The position numbers and the translations under genes are program-made. Positions 10,348 through 20,886 of a stretch of DNA of 64,000 nt are shown here, in pieces (position 1 is the stretch's first letter; each line of letters starts with the position of its first letter). The notes beneath the pieces are model-generated. The model was not told the origin of the DNA, ran no database searches, and saw nothing but the letters and a program-made list of their open reading frames with translations. Source of the DNA: Salinivirgaceae bacterium (GTDB lineage: Bacteria > Bacteroidota > Bacteroidia > Bacteroidales > SZUA-534); the NCBI GenBank assembly GCA_050251815.1, contig JBFWMB010000012.1:6234-70233 (forward strand), read 5' to 3'.

Positions 10348-11406
10348 ATGAAAACTATTAAACACGGGGCCATATTTTTAGCTTTGTTTTTTTCGCTGCA
10401 AGCTTGCCATAATCCAATAAAATCAAAAACCTCATCGAACCATCTAAATCCGGTGCCGGTAAACCCAAACGCTACCCCCGAAACAAAGCGCCTGTTGGAA
10501 TTTATTTATGAAATCCATGGAGAATATACCATTGCTGGACAGCACAACTACCTGGGTAAAATGTCGGTTTACAGCGATACGCTTTTTCAAATTACCGGAA
10601 AATACCCCGGTCTTTGGGGAGGAGATTACGGTTTTGCCGATTCTACCCACGACATCGACAATATAAAATACCGGCCATTGTTGGTTCCTGAAATTGTAAA
10701 ACAACACAAAAGGGGGAGTCTTATTACCCTCACCTACCACCAAGCCGACCCAACCATTGGCGAGCCTTGTCCCTTTGTGGGCGGCGTTCAAACCAAATTA
10801 ACCGATGAGCAATGGCATCAACTGCTCAGTGACGGTACTGAAATTAATCAGACGTGGAAAATGTATGTTGATAGGTTGGCCAATGAATTGAAACAACTTC
10901 AGCAATTGCAGATTCCGGTTTTATTTCGTCCCTACCATGAAATGAACGGCAAGTGGTTCTGGTGGGGTGGTCGATCGGGAGATGAAGGTTTTATTGCCCT
11001 CTGGAAAATGCTCTATCATTATTATACTGACACCCATCAGTTAAATAACCTGATCTGGGTATGGAGCCCTGATAAACCCTGGCATGGTTTAAAAGAGTTT
11101 TATCCGGGAGATGCCTATGTCGATTTGGTATCATTGGATATTTATCCTGAAAAGGATACCAATATTGTATTCCGCCCGGAATGGTATGCTGAAATTAAAG
11201 AAATAGCTAACCAACGACCCTTTGCCATCGGTGAATGCAGTCGGATGCCTTCAATCGATGAGTTAAAAATCCAATCGGGTTATGCTTGGTTTATGCTTTG
11301 GTCCGATTTGGGTACCAAAGAAAACTCCAACCAGGAACTGATTAAAATATTAAATGCAAAAAATGTTCTCACAGCCGACGAAGTTCTTAAAATGAGGGGA
11401 TATTAG
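10348..11406 (+). CDS. GH26 beta-mannanase (lipoprotein)
   Basis: Has the lipobox LQAC and the GH26 hallmark RPYHEMNGKWFWWGG. A second catalytic region is present (DLVSLDIYP). The ORF track starts at TTG 10345; the ATG is at 10348. Confidence 0.85.
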   Translation: MKTIKHGAIFLALFFSLQACHNPIKSKTSSNHLNPVPVNPNATPETKRLLEFIYEIHGEYTIAGQHNYLGKMSVYSDTLFQITGKYPGLWGGDYGFADSTHDIDNIKYRPLLVPEIVKQHKRGSLITLTYHQADPTIGEPCPFVGGVQTKLTDEQWHQLLSDGTEINQTWKMYVDRLANELKQLQQLQIPVLFRPYHEMNGKWFWWGGRSGDEGFIALWKMLYHYYTDTHQLNNLIWVWSPDKPWHGLKEFYPGDAYVDLVSLDIYPEKDTNIVFRPEWYAEIKEIANQRPFAIGECSRMPSIDELKIQSGYAWFMLWSDLGTKENSNQELIKILNAKNVLTADEVLKMRGY

Positions 11407-11455
11407 CCGACTATGATAAAGCAATACTTTATTTTCATAAATAAACAAAAATACC

Positions 11456-12685
11456 ATGAACCTTAAAAAGCATTTATTCCTGATATTGTTTTTCCTTACT
11501 CAATTTTCCTTTGCGCAAAAGTTCGAAAACCTGGCTTTGACACCGCCTATGGGTTGGAACAGCTGGAATCATTTTGCCTGCGACATTAACGAAACAATTG
11601 TTCGGGAAATGGCAGATGCAATGGTGTCTTCAGGCATGAAAGATGCCGGTTACGAATACATAAATATCGACGATTGCTGGCAGGGCGAGCGCGATAGTCT
11701 CGGTTTTATACATCCTGACAAAATACGGTTCCCTAATGGTATGAAAGCTTTGGCTGACTATATACACAGTAAAGGGTTAAAACTGGGTATTTATTCCGAT
11801 GCCGGATGGAAAACCTGTGGAGGGAGGTCCGGAAGCCGCGGTTACGAATACCAGGATGCACTGCAATATGCTAATTGGGGAATTGACTATTTGAAATATG
11901 ATTGGTGTAACACCAAAGGACTTAAAGCCGAAGGAGCTTACCTTACCATTCGTGATGCAATATATCAAGCGGGTCGGCCAATGGTTTTAAGCATTTGCGA
12001 ATGGGGCGACAACGAACCCTGGGTGTGGGCAAAAGATATCGGCCATTTGTGGCGTACCACCGGCGACATTTATAACTGTTTCGACTGTGTGTATGATCAT
12101 GGCACCTGGAATTCTTGGGGAGTTTTGCAGATTCTTGACCTACGCGATAATGATATGCTCCGAAAAGTTGCAGGACCTGGTCATTGGAACGATCCTGACA
12201 TGATGGAGGTAGGCAACGGGATGTTAGTAAACGAAGATCGGGCTCATTTCAGTATGTGGTGTATGTTGGCTGCCCCTCTAATTGCCGGTAACGACTTACG
12301 AAAAATAAACCGCCCTACTTTGAAAATATTGACCAATCCGCATGCCATAGCTATAAATCAGGACACCCTGGGTATCCAAGGCTACAAGCATGGTGTGGTA
12401 AGCAATGTCGATGTTTGGGTTAAACCCCTTGTAGACAATGAATTTGCTGTTTGTTTTCTTAACCGAAGCGCTGAATCGGTAAGCATTGTGTTTGATTGGA
12501 AAAACAATCCTTTTAACGATGAATATAGCCAGCAAAGAGCAAACTTTGATAAGGAAGACTATGCTTTATTCAATATCTGGGAAAGCAAACCGGATGGTAA
12601 TACTCAAAAGTCTCTTAAAGCAATAATTCCCGGACATGATGTATTGATGTATCGATTAAAAAAAGCAACAACTAGCCATCCATGA
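11456..12685 (+). CDS. GH27 alpha-galactosidase
   Basis: 409 aa with a signal peptide. GH27 motifs are present: PPMGWNSWNHFACDINE, YEYINIDDCW and DYLKYDWC. Confidence 0.9.
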   Translation: MNLKKHLFLILFFLTQFSFAQKFENLALTPPMGWNSWNHFACDINETIVREMADAMVSSGMKDAGYEYINIDDCWQGERDSLGFIHPDKIRFPNGMKALADYIHSKGLKLGIYSDAGWKTCGGRSGSRGYEYQDALQYANWGIDYLKYDWCNTKGLKAEGAYLTIRDAIYQAGRPMVLSICEWGDNEPWVWAKDIGHLWRTTGDIYNCFDCVYDHGTWNSWGVLQILDLRDNDMLRKVAGPGHWNDPDMMEVGNGMLVNEDRAHFSMWCMLAAPLIAGNDLRKINRPTLKILTNPHAIAINQDTLGIQGYKHGVVSNVDVWVKPLVDNEFAVCFLNRSAESVSIVFDWKNNPFNDEYSQQRANFDKEDYALFNIWESKPDGNTQKSLKAIIPGHDVLMYRLKKATTSHP

Positions 12686-12748
12686 TTTTTTGGCAATCTG
12701 AATATGCAGGAGCCTGTGGAAAAGATAAAAGATTTTAACTTATAGATA

Positions 12749-15622
12749 ATGAAAAAAATATGTGTTTTATTCATCCTAATTACTCTTTCACTTACAATTA
12801 GCTGGGCACAACCGGTTAAAAAGTACGGTGCATTAAGGGTTGAAGGAACCCAGCTTTGTGATTCATCAGGAAAGCCGATAGTGCTACGAGGTATGAGTTT
12901 TGGCTGGCACAATTGGTGGCCGCGTTTTTATAATCAAGAGGTGGTAAATTGGTTAGTTTCCGACTGGAAAGTTGATGCGGTACGGGCAGCCATGGGAGTT
13001 GAACCAGCCGGAGCTTATTTATACGATTCGGTGGGTGCAATTCAAAAAATAAGGGCAGTAGTTGATGCATCGATTGCTGCCGAGACCTATGTTATTATTG
13101 ATTGGCACAGCCATGGTTTGCTTTTGGATCAGGCAAAAGCATATTTTACGCTAATGGCCGAGACATATGGACACTTTCCTCATGTAATCTATGAAATATA
13201 CAATGAGCCCGATGATACTTATACCTGGGAGGAAGTAAAAGCCTATTCAGTTGAGGTAATCGCTGCCATAAGGGCTGTTGATCCCGACAACATTATTTTA
13301 GTAGGTTCACCCCACTGGGATCAGGATTTACATTTGGTGGCTGCAGATCCCATCACGGGTTATCAGAACCTAATGTATACCATGCACTTTTATGCCGGAA
13401 CACATGGAGGTTGGTTGCGAGATCGTTGCGATGCATCCATGGAGGCCGGTATTCCAATTTTTGTGTCAGAATCAGCTGGTTGTTTGGCTTCCGGTGATGG
13501 CCCCATTGATTATGAATCGTGGAACACCTACCTGCACTGGATGGAACAAAAACAAATCAGCTGGTTTTGTTGGTCAATTTCCGATAAAAACGAAACCAGT
13601 GCTGCACTATACACCACCGCATCGTCAACCGGTTCCTGGTCTAATACCGATTTAAAGGAGTGGGGTAAATACGTCCGCGGCCTTTTTCAAAAATACCATT
13701 ACAGTTATGAACCTGCGCGCATATTTAAAGCAATGGAGAAGGGTCGCTTAGGAGAGGATATTACTATTGGAGTAATTGGAGGTTCAATAACTGCGGGTTA
13801 CGCAGCCAGTACTGAAAGTAAACGATGGGCAAACCTGGTGGCCGACTGGTGGGAAACAACTTTCCCGGAGAGTAAGGTACAGCTTATCAATGCCGGTTGG
13901 GGGGGCACGGGTTCCGACATTGGAGTCCATCGGGTATCGGATGATTTACTGTCAAAAAAACCCGATTTTGTTGTAATCGAGTTTGGCGTTAATGATGTGG
14001 AAGGGCCGCATGCTACTAAAATGATGGAAGGTTTGGTACAGCAAATAATTTTAGATGAAAATGCTCCGGGTATCATGATATTGGTATTAAAGCAGGAAAA
14101 TGGAGCAACAGCGCTCAAAAGCCATAAGGCTGTGGCAGAACATTATAATACTCCATTGATAAACTTTGCCGACTTAATTGACACTCAGGTTGCTGAGGAT
14201 GGATTATCGCTTAATAGTATTTTTGTTGACGGATTGCATCCAAACGATGCAGGAATGGCATATATTGCACACTTTATCAACCAGCAACTCGATAGCCTTT
14301 ACCTGCAAATACCGGATGCTGAAAACCTGCCCCAGGTGAACACCCAATTGCCAGCACCGCTGGTAACAGATACTTATGCGAATACATTTCAGTTTTTTCC
14401 CCACAACATTATTCCTTTGCATAATCAGGGTTGGGATATTACCGAATTAGGATGGACTACTGAAGTGCCTGATAACCAAATCGATTTTAAAGTAATGGGC
14501 AATGCTTTTTCAGTGGTTTTTACCCAAAACAATAGCGACCAACGCGGTAAAGCAGAATTATGGGTCGACGAAGGAGAAAAAATTATAATTGATGCTTATA
14601 TGAATGAAGACTGGGGTACCCGATATGCTTTTGCTCTTATACAGGAAGGACTCAGCGATGGTGAACACACCGTCCACATACGCTCTGTTGATGAAACCAG
14701 CACTCAGGGACACTTTGTGCAGATAAGCCGTCTGTTGGTAGCCGGTAATATTGGATCCGCTGCGCCCATTGCAATTACCTCGAATTACCAAAAGGGCCTC
14801 ATTGATAAAATGCTTGAACTTGACGGCTCTAACAGTTTCGATCCCGATGGAGAAACTATTGAAACGTATCAATGGCTTATTGAAGAAAAACCCGACGGAA
14901 GTTCATCGATCATTCAAAATGCTGACCAGGTTATGGCAACATTTACTCCCGATTTGGCAGGAACATACCTGATTAGTTTAATTGTTGGTTCTGGTTTTAA
15001 CCAAAGCGTTCCTGCATACAAAACACTTGATATTCGCTCCTTTAACAACAAACCCGTTGCCGTTGCCGGACGCGATACCATGAGTGCCATCAATAAATAC
15101 TTTAGGCTCGACGCATCTGCAAGTTATGATGCAGATAACGACCCACTTACCTACCAATGGAATCTGGAATCGTCACCGGAAACAAGTACCGCTGAATTGA
15201 TGGGAACTACGCTTGTTCGCCCTCAAATAAAATTCGATGTAGAAGGTTCTTATACTTTTAGTCTGGTGGTTTTTGATAGCATTGAATACAGTGAAAAAAG
15301 TTTTATTATTGTGATTGCAAAAGAAGGATATACTGAAATTTATTCAGAAAAACCCCAAAAAACCGATGCCATATGGGTTTTTCCTAATCCCACAACTGGA
15401 ACTGTATTTTTGGATGTTGGTGCATTTGACGGAGAAGAATTACACATAGAATTGTTTTCAATTTTGGGCAAGAAAATTGGATCATTAGCAAAATACGTCG
15501 ATGTTTCCAATGGCCAAAACATGTCCATTAATATCAGGCAATTTACCCAGGAGCCAGGGGTATATTTTGTTCGGGTTATTATTAACGGAAATTCGTTTAC
15601 AAGGCGAATAAGTTTGCTATAA
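12749..15622 (+). CDS. Multidomain secreted enzyme: GH5 endoglucanase/mannanase-like domain, SGNH esterase domain, PKD-like repeats and a T9SS C-terminal sorting domain
   Basis: 957 aa. The GH5 part has LRGMSFGWHNWW, IYEIYNEPD (acid/base) and IFVSESAG (nucleophile region). SGNH blocks are GVIGGSITAGY, GWGGTGS, EFGVNDV and DGLHPNDAG. Two PKD/Ig-like repeats follow (DGSNSFDPDGETIETYQW; DASASYDADNDPLTYQW). The C-terminus is VFPNPTTGTVFLD...GVYFVRVIINGNSFTRRISLL. Confidence 0.8.
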   Translation: MKKICVLFILITLSLTISWAQPVKKYGALRVEGTQLCDSSGKPIVLRGMSFGWHNWWPRFYNQEVVNWLVSDWKVDAVRAAMGVEPAGAYLYDSVGAIQKIRAVVDASIAAETYVIIDWHSHGLLLDQAKAYFTLMAETYGHFPHVIYEIYNEPDDTYTWEEVKAYSVEVIAAIRAVDPDNIILVGSPHWDQDLHLVAADPITGYQNLMYTMHFYAGTHGGWLRDRCDASMEAGIPIFVSESAGCLASGDGPIDYESWNTYLHWMEQKQISWFCWSISDKNETSAALYTTASSTGSWSNTDLKEWGKYVRGLFQKYHYSYEPARIFKAMEKGRLGEDITIGVIGGSITAGYAASTESKRWANLVADWWETTFPESKVQLINAGWGGTGSDIGVHRVSDDLLSKKPDFVVIEFGVNDVEGPHATKMMEGLVQQIILDENAPGIMILVLKQENGATALKSHKAVAEHYNTPLINFADLIDTQVAEDGLSLNSIFVDGLHPNDAGMAYIAHFINQQLDSLYLQIPDAENLPQVNTQLPAPLVTDTYANTFQFFPHNIIPLHNQGWDITELGWTTEVPDNQIDFKVMGNAFSVVFTQNNSDQRGKAELWVDEGEKIIIDAYMNEDWGTRYAFALIQEGLSDGEHTVHIRSVDETSTQGHFVQISRLLVAGNIGSAAPIAITSNYQKGLIDKMLELDGSNSFDPDGETIETYQWLIEEKPDGSSSIIQNADQVMATFTPDLAGTYLISLIVGSGFNQSVPAYKTLDIRSFNNKPVAVAGRDTMSAINKYFRLDASASYDADNDPLTYQWNLESSPETSTAELMGTTLVRPQIKFDVEGSYTFSLVVFDSIEYSEKSFIIVIAKEGYTEIYSEKPQKTDAIWVFPNPTTGTVFLDVGAFDGEELHIELFSILGKKIGSLAKYVDVSNGQNMSINIRQFTQEPGVYFVRVIINGNSFTRRISLL

Positions 15623-15661
15623 GGTTATTTGCAAAAAACAGAATCAATAAAAAGATATCAA

Positions 15662-17512
15662 ATGAACACTTTAAAGATTATAACAATCTTGGTTTTTGTT
15701 GGTTGTTTTTCGTGCACTGATGCAAACGAAGCAAGCAGCGAAAAACAGATTCTTTCATTCCTAGTCGAAGGGCAGGTACAGGAAACCAAGATAAATACTG
15801 AAGAATCTACCGTTCAGGTTTGGATTGATAGTACCATTTCATTAACTGCAGTAGCTCCTGAAATAAGGGTATCAGAAAAGGCACAAATATATCCGGCTTC
15901 TGGACAAGTGGTTGATTTTAGTAAAGGTCCGGTAGACTATACCGTTACTGCCGAAGATAATTCTACGGAAATTTGGAAAGCCACCATCGAATACCAGAAA
16001 AGTAATGCGGCTGAAATTCTGTCGTTTTATCTGAAACGTCAGAATAAACCTGCCGTAATTAGCGATTCCACGGTAGTCATCGAGGTAAAACTAGGAACTG
16101 ACTTGACTTCTTTAGCACCGGAGATTCAAATTTCACCTAAAGCTGTAATTATTCCGGAATCGGGCAAAACGGTTGACTTTAGCCAAGGGCCCGTTTCGTA
16201 TTTGGTTACTGCTGAAAATGGGATTCAAAAGAACTGGAAAGTTAGCGTAACTACAGAAAAAATCTACGAAGCAGATATTATTAGTTACACCATACCAGAC
16301 CAATCAGGACCTTCTGTTTTCAACTATGCAACCATCACTATCGAAGTGCCAGCAGACTACAATCTTACATCAGTGGTTCCTGAAATTGTGATTTCCGACG
16401 AAGCGACTATAGAACCAGCTTCAGGTGTTGCTGTCGATTTTTCTGAAACCGGCTATGTTGATTACCTTGTAACTACCCCAATAAATTCAGTTAAGAACTG
16501 GAGGGTATACGTAATTGAAGAGGTTATAAAACCAACAGATCAAAATATTCAATACCTGGGTCGGGTTGATTTTACCAACCCTCTGGCTCCTCGTTTCTAT
16601 GCTGCCGGAACCGGGTTTATCCTCAAATTCTCAGGAACTTATTGCCAGGTTCTGTTAAACGATCAGGTGCGGTATGGCAGCTATCATAATTACATTCAGG
16701 TGGTTATTGATGGAGTTCCAACACGTATACAAACCAGCGATAAAAAAAACACCATTGATTTGGCTAAAGACTTGCCCGAGGGGGAACATACACTCATGAT
16801 TTTTAAAGATACCGAAGCTGGTATTGGATATATGGAACTGGCCGGATTACGTTGCGATAAATTGCTGGTGCCCGATCCCTTACCGGAACGTCGTATTGAA
16901 TTTATCGGAAATTCAATTACTTGTGGGTATGGAGCCGACGAAAGTCAAATTGCCTGTAATGCTGCCGAATGGTACGATCAACACAATGCTTACCGTTCTT
17001 ACGGTCCCGAAGTGGCCCGTCGGTTAAATGCACAATGGATGCTTACTTCTGTTTCGGGTATAGGAATGACTCATAGCTGCTGCGATATTACTTACGAAAT
17101 GCCCGACATTTATCATTCGGTTAACATGACTACCGGTGATTATCCCTGGGATTTTACCAAATACCCGGCCGATGTGGTCACCATTTGTTTGGGACAAAAC
17201 GATGGGGTGCAAGACTCGGTTAAATTTTGCAGTGCCTATGTAAGTTTTATTGCAAACATCCGTTCAAAATATCCGCAAGCTCAAATTATTTGTTTAACCA
17301 GTCCAATGGCCGACAACTATTTGTTTAATGCCCTCGAAAACTATTTATCCGGAATTGTGGCTTATTGCCATGAACAGGGCGATGTAAAAGTTCATAAGCT
17401 GTCTTTAAGTTACAATATGAATAGTGGGTGTGACGCACACCCGAGTATGGAGGAACATCAACAGGTAGCCAACGAACTGGAACCATTTATTAAGCAATTG
17501 ATGAACTGGTAA
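15662..17512 (+). CDS. Lipoprotein with three ~85-aa Ig-like tandem repeats fused to a CE2-like (jelly-roll + SGNH) carbohydrate acetylesterase
   Basis: The ORF track starts at TTG 15629. The ATG at 15662 gives MNTLKIITILVFVGCFSC (lipobox). Each of the three repeats carries ILSF...L(T/S)xxAPEIxxSxxAxIxPxSGxxVDFSxGPVxYxVTAE. The C-terminal half has IEFIGNSITCGYG, CLGQNDG and CDAHPS, which resemble SGNH blocks I, III and V. Confidence 0.7.
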   Translation: MNTLKIITILVFVGCFSCTDANEASSEKQILSFLVEGQVQETKINTEESTVQVWIDSTISLTAVAPEIRVSEKAQIYPASGQVVDFSKGPVDYTVTAEDNSTEIWKATIEYQKSNAAEILSFYLKRQNKPAVISDSTVVIEVKLGTDLTSLAPEIQISPKAVIIPESGKTVDFSQGPVSYLVTAENGIQKNWKVSVTTEKIYEADIISYTIPDQSGPSVFNYATITIEVPADYNLTSVVPEIVISDEATIEPASGVAVDFSETGYVDYLVTTPINSVKNWRVYVIEEVIKPTDQNIQYLGRVDFTNPLAPRFYAAGTGFILKFSGTYCQVLLNDQVRYGSYHNYIQVVIDGVPTRIQTSDKKNTIDLAKDLPEGEHTLMIFKDTEAGIGYMELAGLRCDKLLVPDPLPERRIEFIGNSITCGYGADESQIACNAAEWYDQHNAYRSYGPEVARRLNAQWMLTSVSGIGMTHSCCDITYEMPDIYHSVNMTTGDYPWDFTKYPADVVTICLGQNDGVQDSVKFCSAYVSFIANIRSKYPQAQIICLTSPMADNYLFNALENYLSGIVAYCHEQGDVKVHKLSLSYNMNSGCDAHPSMEEHQQVANELEPFIKQLMNW

Positions 17513-17604
17513 TTTTTCAGTGTTTGGTTTTAAAAACGCACGTGATTACATTGAAAAGAATTCAATAAATTAGCATTCTCGAAAAAACAAATGCATCAGA
17601 TATT

Positions 17605-19596
17605 ATGAAATCAAAAAAACTACTTATTGGAATGATAGCTGTCATCTTAATGATAGCTTCAAGTTGCACCAAAACTACTTTTATTGAACCCGACCAGTTA
17701 TTTACCAATAATCTGGTACTTCAGCAGAACTCAAAAGTAAATATTTGGGGAAGTGCAGATCCTGGAGCAAAGATTACCATAAGGGGATCGTGGGGAAGCC
17801 AGACAAATTGCATCGCTGACAAATCAGGAAAATGGCTTGCCCAATTAACAACAATAGAAGCGGGCGGACCTTATGAGCTGAGCATATCGTCAGGTAAAAT
17901 AAACAAAACATTTACCAACCTGATGTTGGGCGAAGTGTGGGTTTGTTCCGGTCAGTCGAATATGGAGATGCCCTTGGTGGGAAACTGGGCACATGTAAAC
18001 AATGCGGAACAGGAAGCGGTAGCAGCTGATTATCCAAATATTCGATTGTTTACCGTTGCTAAAAGCATAGCCTTTAATCCCATCGACACCTTAACAACTC
18101 AGGGGTGGCAGGTTTGTGATTCGAATACGGTAAAAGATTTTTCAGCCACAGCTTATTTCTTTGGCCGAAAATTGCATAAAGAACTAAATGTTCCTATTGG
18201 GCTAATCCATACATCGTGGGGAGGGACTGTAGCGGAAGCCTGGACCAGCAAGCAAGCCTTGTTGCAAATGCCCGATTTTTCCAATCAAGTGGATAAGATT
18301 AGCAGTCTCGACGCTTCGCGCGATAGTCTGGAGAAAAAATTTGAAGCAGATACACACCAGATGATGCAGGAAATAACAGCTGCCGATCCCGGATTCGAAG
18401 GAACCTTTGTTCGATTTGCCGACCCGGATTTGGACGATTCCAATTGGATGCCCATCGATTTTCCGAAACTTTGGGAAGAAACCAAGCTGGGTAATTACGA
18501 TGGTTCGGGTTGGTTCCGAAAAACAATTACACTTTCAGCAGCTATGGCCGAAAGTGAATTAACCCTGTATTACGGTGCTCCCGACGATTACGACGAAGCC
18601 TGGTTTAATGGTGTAAAAGTGGGTGAAAATAAAGAATGGGGAAAACAACGGATCTATAAAATTCCTCAAGGAATAGCCCAAGTAGGCAAAAATGTTATCA
18701 CTCTACGTGTTTACGATTATACCGGGGGAGGTGGTTTTATGGGAGAACCTAAAGATTACCAGCTGGTTTCTGGGTTGGGAACTTCTATTCCACTGGCCAA
18801 AGGGTGGAAGGCAAAAAAAGGTTTCGATTTTGCCGATATTACAACCCGCCCGGTTTCTCTGTTCGATCCCAATCAGCCCACCGTTTTATATAATGCTATG
18901 ATTCATCCGCTTATTCCTTATTCCATTCAGGGAGCTATATGGTATCAGGGTGAAAGCAATGCCGGTCGGGCATTTCAGTACCGCGAATTATTTAAAACCA
19001 TGATTCAGGATTGGCGAACCAATTGGGATCAGGGCGATTTTCCCTTTTATTTTGTACAATTAGCCAGCTACATGCCCCGAAACCAAAATCCCATGGATGA
19101 TACCTGGGCTGAGTTACGCGAAGCCCAAACCATGGCCCTTGAATTACCCAATACCGGAATGGCTGTTACCATTGATATTGGCGACGCCAAAGACATTCAC
19201 CCGGGAAACAAGCAGGATGTTGGAAATCGACTGGCCTTTAATGCCCTGGCTAAAACCTACGGAATTGAAATTCCTTACTCCGGACCCATGTATCTGTCGC
19301 ACGAACTTAAAGGAAACAGCATTGAACTTGCCTTTGATTTCGTTTATGAAGGTTTGTCAACTTCAGATGGTAGTATGCCTAGCGGATTTGCCATTGCCGG
19401 AGCTGATAAAAAATTCTATTGGGCCGCTGCTAAAATCATTGGAAATAAAGTAATGGTCAGTTCCACCAAAGTTTTGGAACCGGTGGCCGTGCGTTATGCC
19501 TGGTCGAGCAATCCTGAGTGCAATCTGGTAAATAGCGCCGGATTACCAGCTTCTCCTTTCAGAACTGATGACTGGAGAGGGATAACACAACCCTAA
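17605..19596 (+). CDS. Sialate-O-acetylesterase-like (DUF303/SGNH) carbohydrate acetylesterase (lipoprotein)
   Basis: 663 aa with lipobox ASSC. It has GEVWVCSGQSNME (block I) and GAIWYQGESN, with an inserted galactose-binding-like domain. Genes of this family are common in hemicellulose PULs. Confidence 0.75.
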   Translation: MKSKKLLIGMIAVILMIASSCTKTTFIEPDQLFTNNLVLQQNSKVNIWGSADPGAKITIRGSWGSQTNCIADKSGKWLAQLTTIEAGGPYELSISSGKINKTFTNLMLGEVWVCSGQSNMEMPLVGNWAHVNNAEQEAVAADYPNIRLFTVAKSIAFNPIDTLTTQGWQVCDSNTVKDFSATAYFFGRKLHKELNVPIGLIHTSWGGTVAEAWTSKQALLQMPDFSNQVDKISSLDASRDSLEKKFEADTHQMMQEITAADPGFEGTFVRFADPDLDDSNWMPIDFPKLWEETKLGNYDGSGWFRKTITLSAAMAESELTLYYGAPDDYDEAWFNGVKVGENKEWGKQRIYKIPQGIAQVGKNVITLRVYDYTGGGGFMGEPKDYQLVSGLGTSIPLAKGWKAKKGFDFADITTRPVSLFDPNQPTVLYNAMIHPLIPYSIQGAIWYQGESNAGRAFQYRELFKTMIQDWRTNWDQGDFPFYFVQLASYMPRNQNPMDDTWAELREAQTMALELPNTGMAVTIDIGDAKDIHPGNKQDVGNRLAFNALAKTYGIEIPYSGPMYLSHELKGNSIELAFDFVYEGLSTSDGSMPSGFAIAGADKKFYWAAAKIIGNKVMVSSTKVLEPVAVRYAWSSNPECNLVNSAGLPASPFRTDDWRGITQP

Positions 19597-19827
19597 TTTT
19601 TGGAAATTATTTAAAATAATTTGAAAAAATTTAAAGATGGAGGCTGTAAGATAACTGTTCAGTTTCCATTTTTTTGTTATAGTTTACTAATAATACGGTA
19701 TCTCCTTAACAGAAGTATCAATTAATTAATAGCAAGATTCTATAGTTATAGAAATGGATACATTTTTGAAAGAAATTATCAGCAAACCGCATTAATTTCG
19801 GGCTTTATCACATTAAATTTTACCTCA

Positions 19828-20886
19828 ATGAAAACAACATTAATGAATCTGTTCGTATTAATAATATTTATGCTTGGTGCATTAAGTACTCAGGCACAAA
19901 GCAATCCGGATTATCATGAATGGTGGCACGAAAGTCATCCGGGTGAACCTTTAAATGCAACAAATCAAAAGAAATTGCCCTTGGTAAAGGTTGAGAAAAA
20001 TAAGTTTGTGAATGAGCAGGGCAAAACACTCTTCATTAAAGGGGTGTCAATTTCCGATCCGGATAAAATTGCCAATCAGGGACATTGGAACAAGAAATAT
20101 TTCGAAGTAATCAAGGACTGGGGCATTGAAATGGTTCGTATTCCTGTTCATCCGGTTGCCTGGCGCGAGCGAACACCGATTGGTTACATGCAATTGCTCG
20201 ATCAGGCAGTAAACTGGTGTACTGAATTGGGAATCTATGTAATTATCGACTGGCATTCCATCGGTAATCTGAAAACGGAGCTTTTTCAGAATCCAATGTA
20301 CCACACTTCGTTTAGCGAAACCTGTATGTTTTGGCGTACCATGGCAATTCGTTACGGTGGCCATAACACGGTTGCCTTTTATGAGCTGTTTAACGAACCC
20401 ACAACGTATCGTAAACAGTTGGGTACCATTTCGTGGAGTACATGGAAAGCCATGATGGAAGAAGTTATTGATATAATTCGTGCATTCGATAAAGAAACCA
20501 TTCCCCTGGTGGCTGGTTTCGACTGGGCTTACGACCTTACGCCCCTGCGACTGGAACCCATTGCCCGCGAAGGGATTGGATATGTTACCCATCCCTACGG
20601 ACACAAACGCACACAACCCTGGGAACCTAAGTGGGAAGAAGCCTTTGGTTTTGCAGCCTGGGAGTATCCGGTGGTGGCCACCGAAATTGGATTTGTGTTG
20701 GGCGATTCCGGATTAAAAGATAATGAAGATTATGGGAAACGTATCATCGATTATTTAAATGCAAACGGTATTAGTTGGCTTTGGTGGGTTTTCGATCCCG
20801 AATGGCATCCAAACATGATTGAGTCGTGGGATACTTTTAAACCCACTGAATTCGGACAATTTTGTAAAGACACTTACAAAAAATGA
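19828..20886 (+). CDS. GH5-family glycoside hydrolase
   Basis: 352 aa with a signal peptide. Motifs are VRIPVHP, YVIIDWHSIGN, YELFNEP (acid/base) and VVATEIGF (nucleophile). Confidence 0.8.
   Translation: MKTTLMNLFVLIIFMLGALSTQAQSNPDYHEWWHESHPGEPLNATNQKKLPLVKVEKNKFVNEQGKTLFIKGVSISDPDKIANQGHWNKKYFEVIKDWGIEMVRIPVHPVAWRERTPIGYMQLLDQAVNWCTELGIYVIIDWHSIGNLKTELFQNPMYHTSFSETCMFWRTMAIRYGGHNTVAFYELFNEPTTYRKQLGTISWSTWKAMMEEVIDIIRAFDKETIPLVAGFDWAYDLTPLRLEPIAREGIGYVTHPYGHKRTQPWEPKWEEAFGFAAWEYPVVATEIGFVLGDSGLKDNEDYGKRIIDYLNANGISWLWWVFDPEWHPNMIESWDTFKPTEFGQFCKDTYKK

Noticed and set aside
20047-20616. Long antisense or out-of-frame ORFs inside confidently assigned genes (for example 20047..20616, 6792..7184, 10444..10791, 42870..43310, 45906..46295, 19097..19453, 13798..14118)
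   Set aside because: All lie entirely within genes that have strong family signatures on the other strand or frame. They have low-complexity or biased composition and no motifs. These are typical shadow ORFs.
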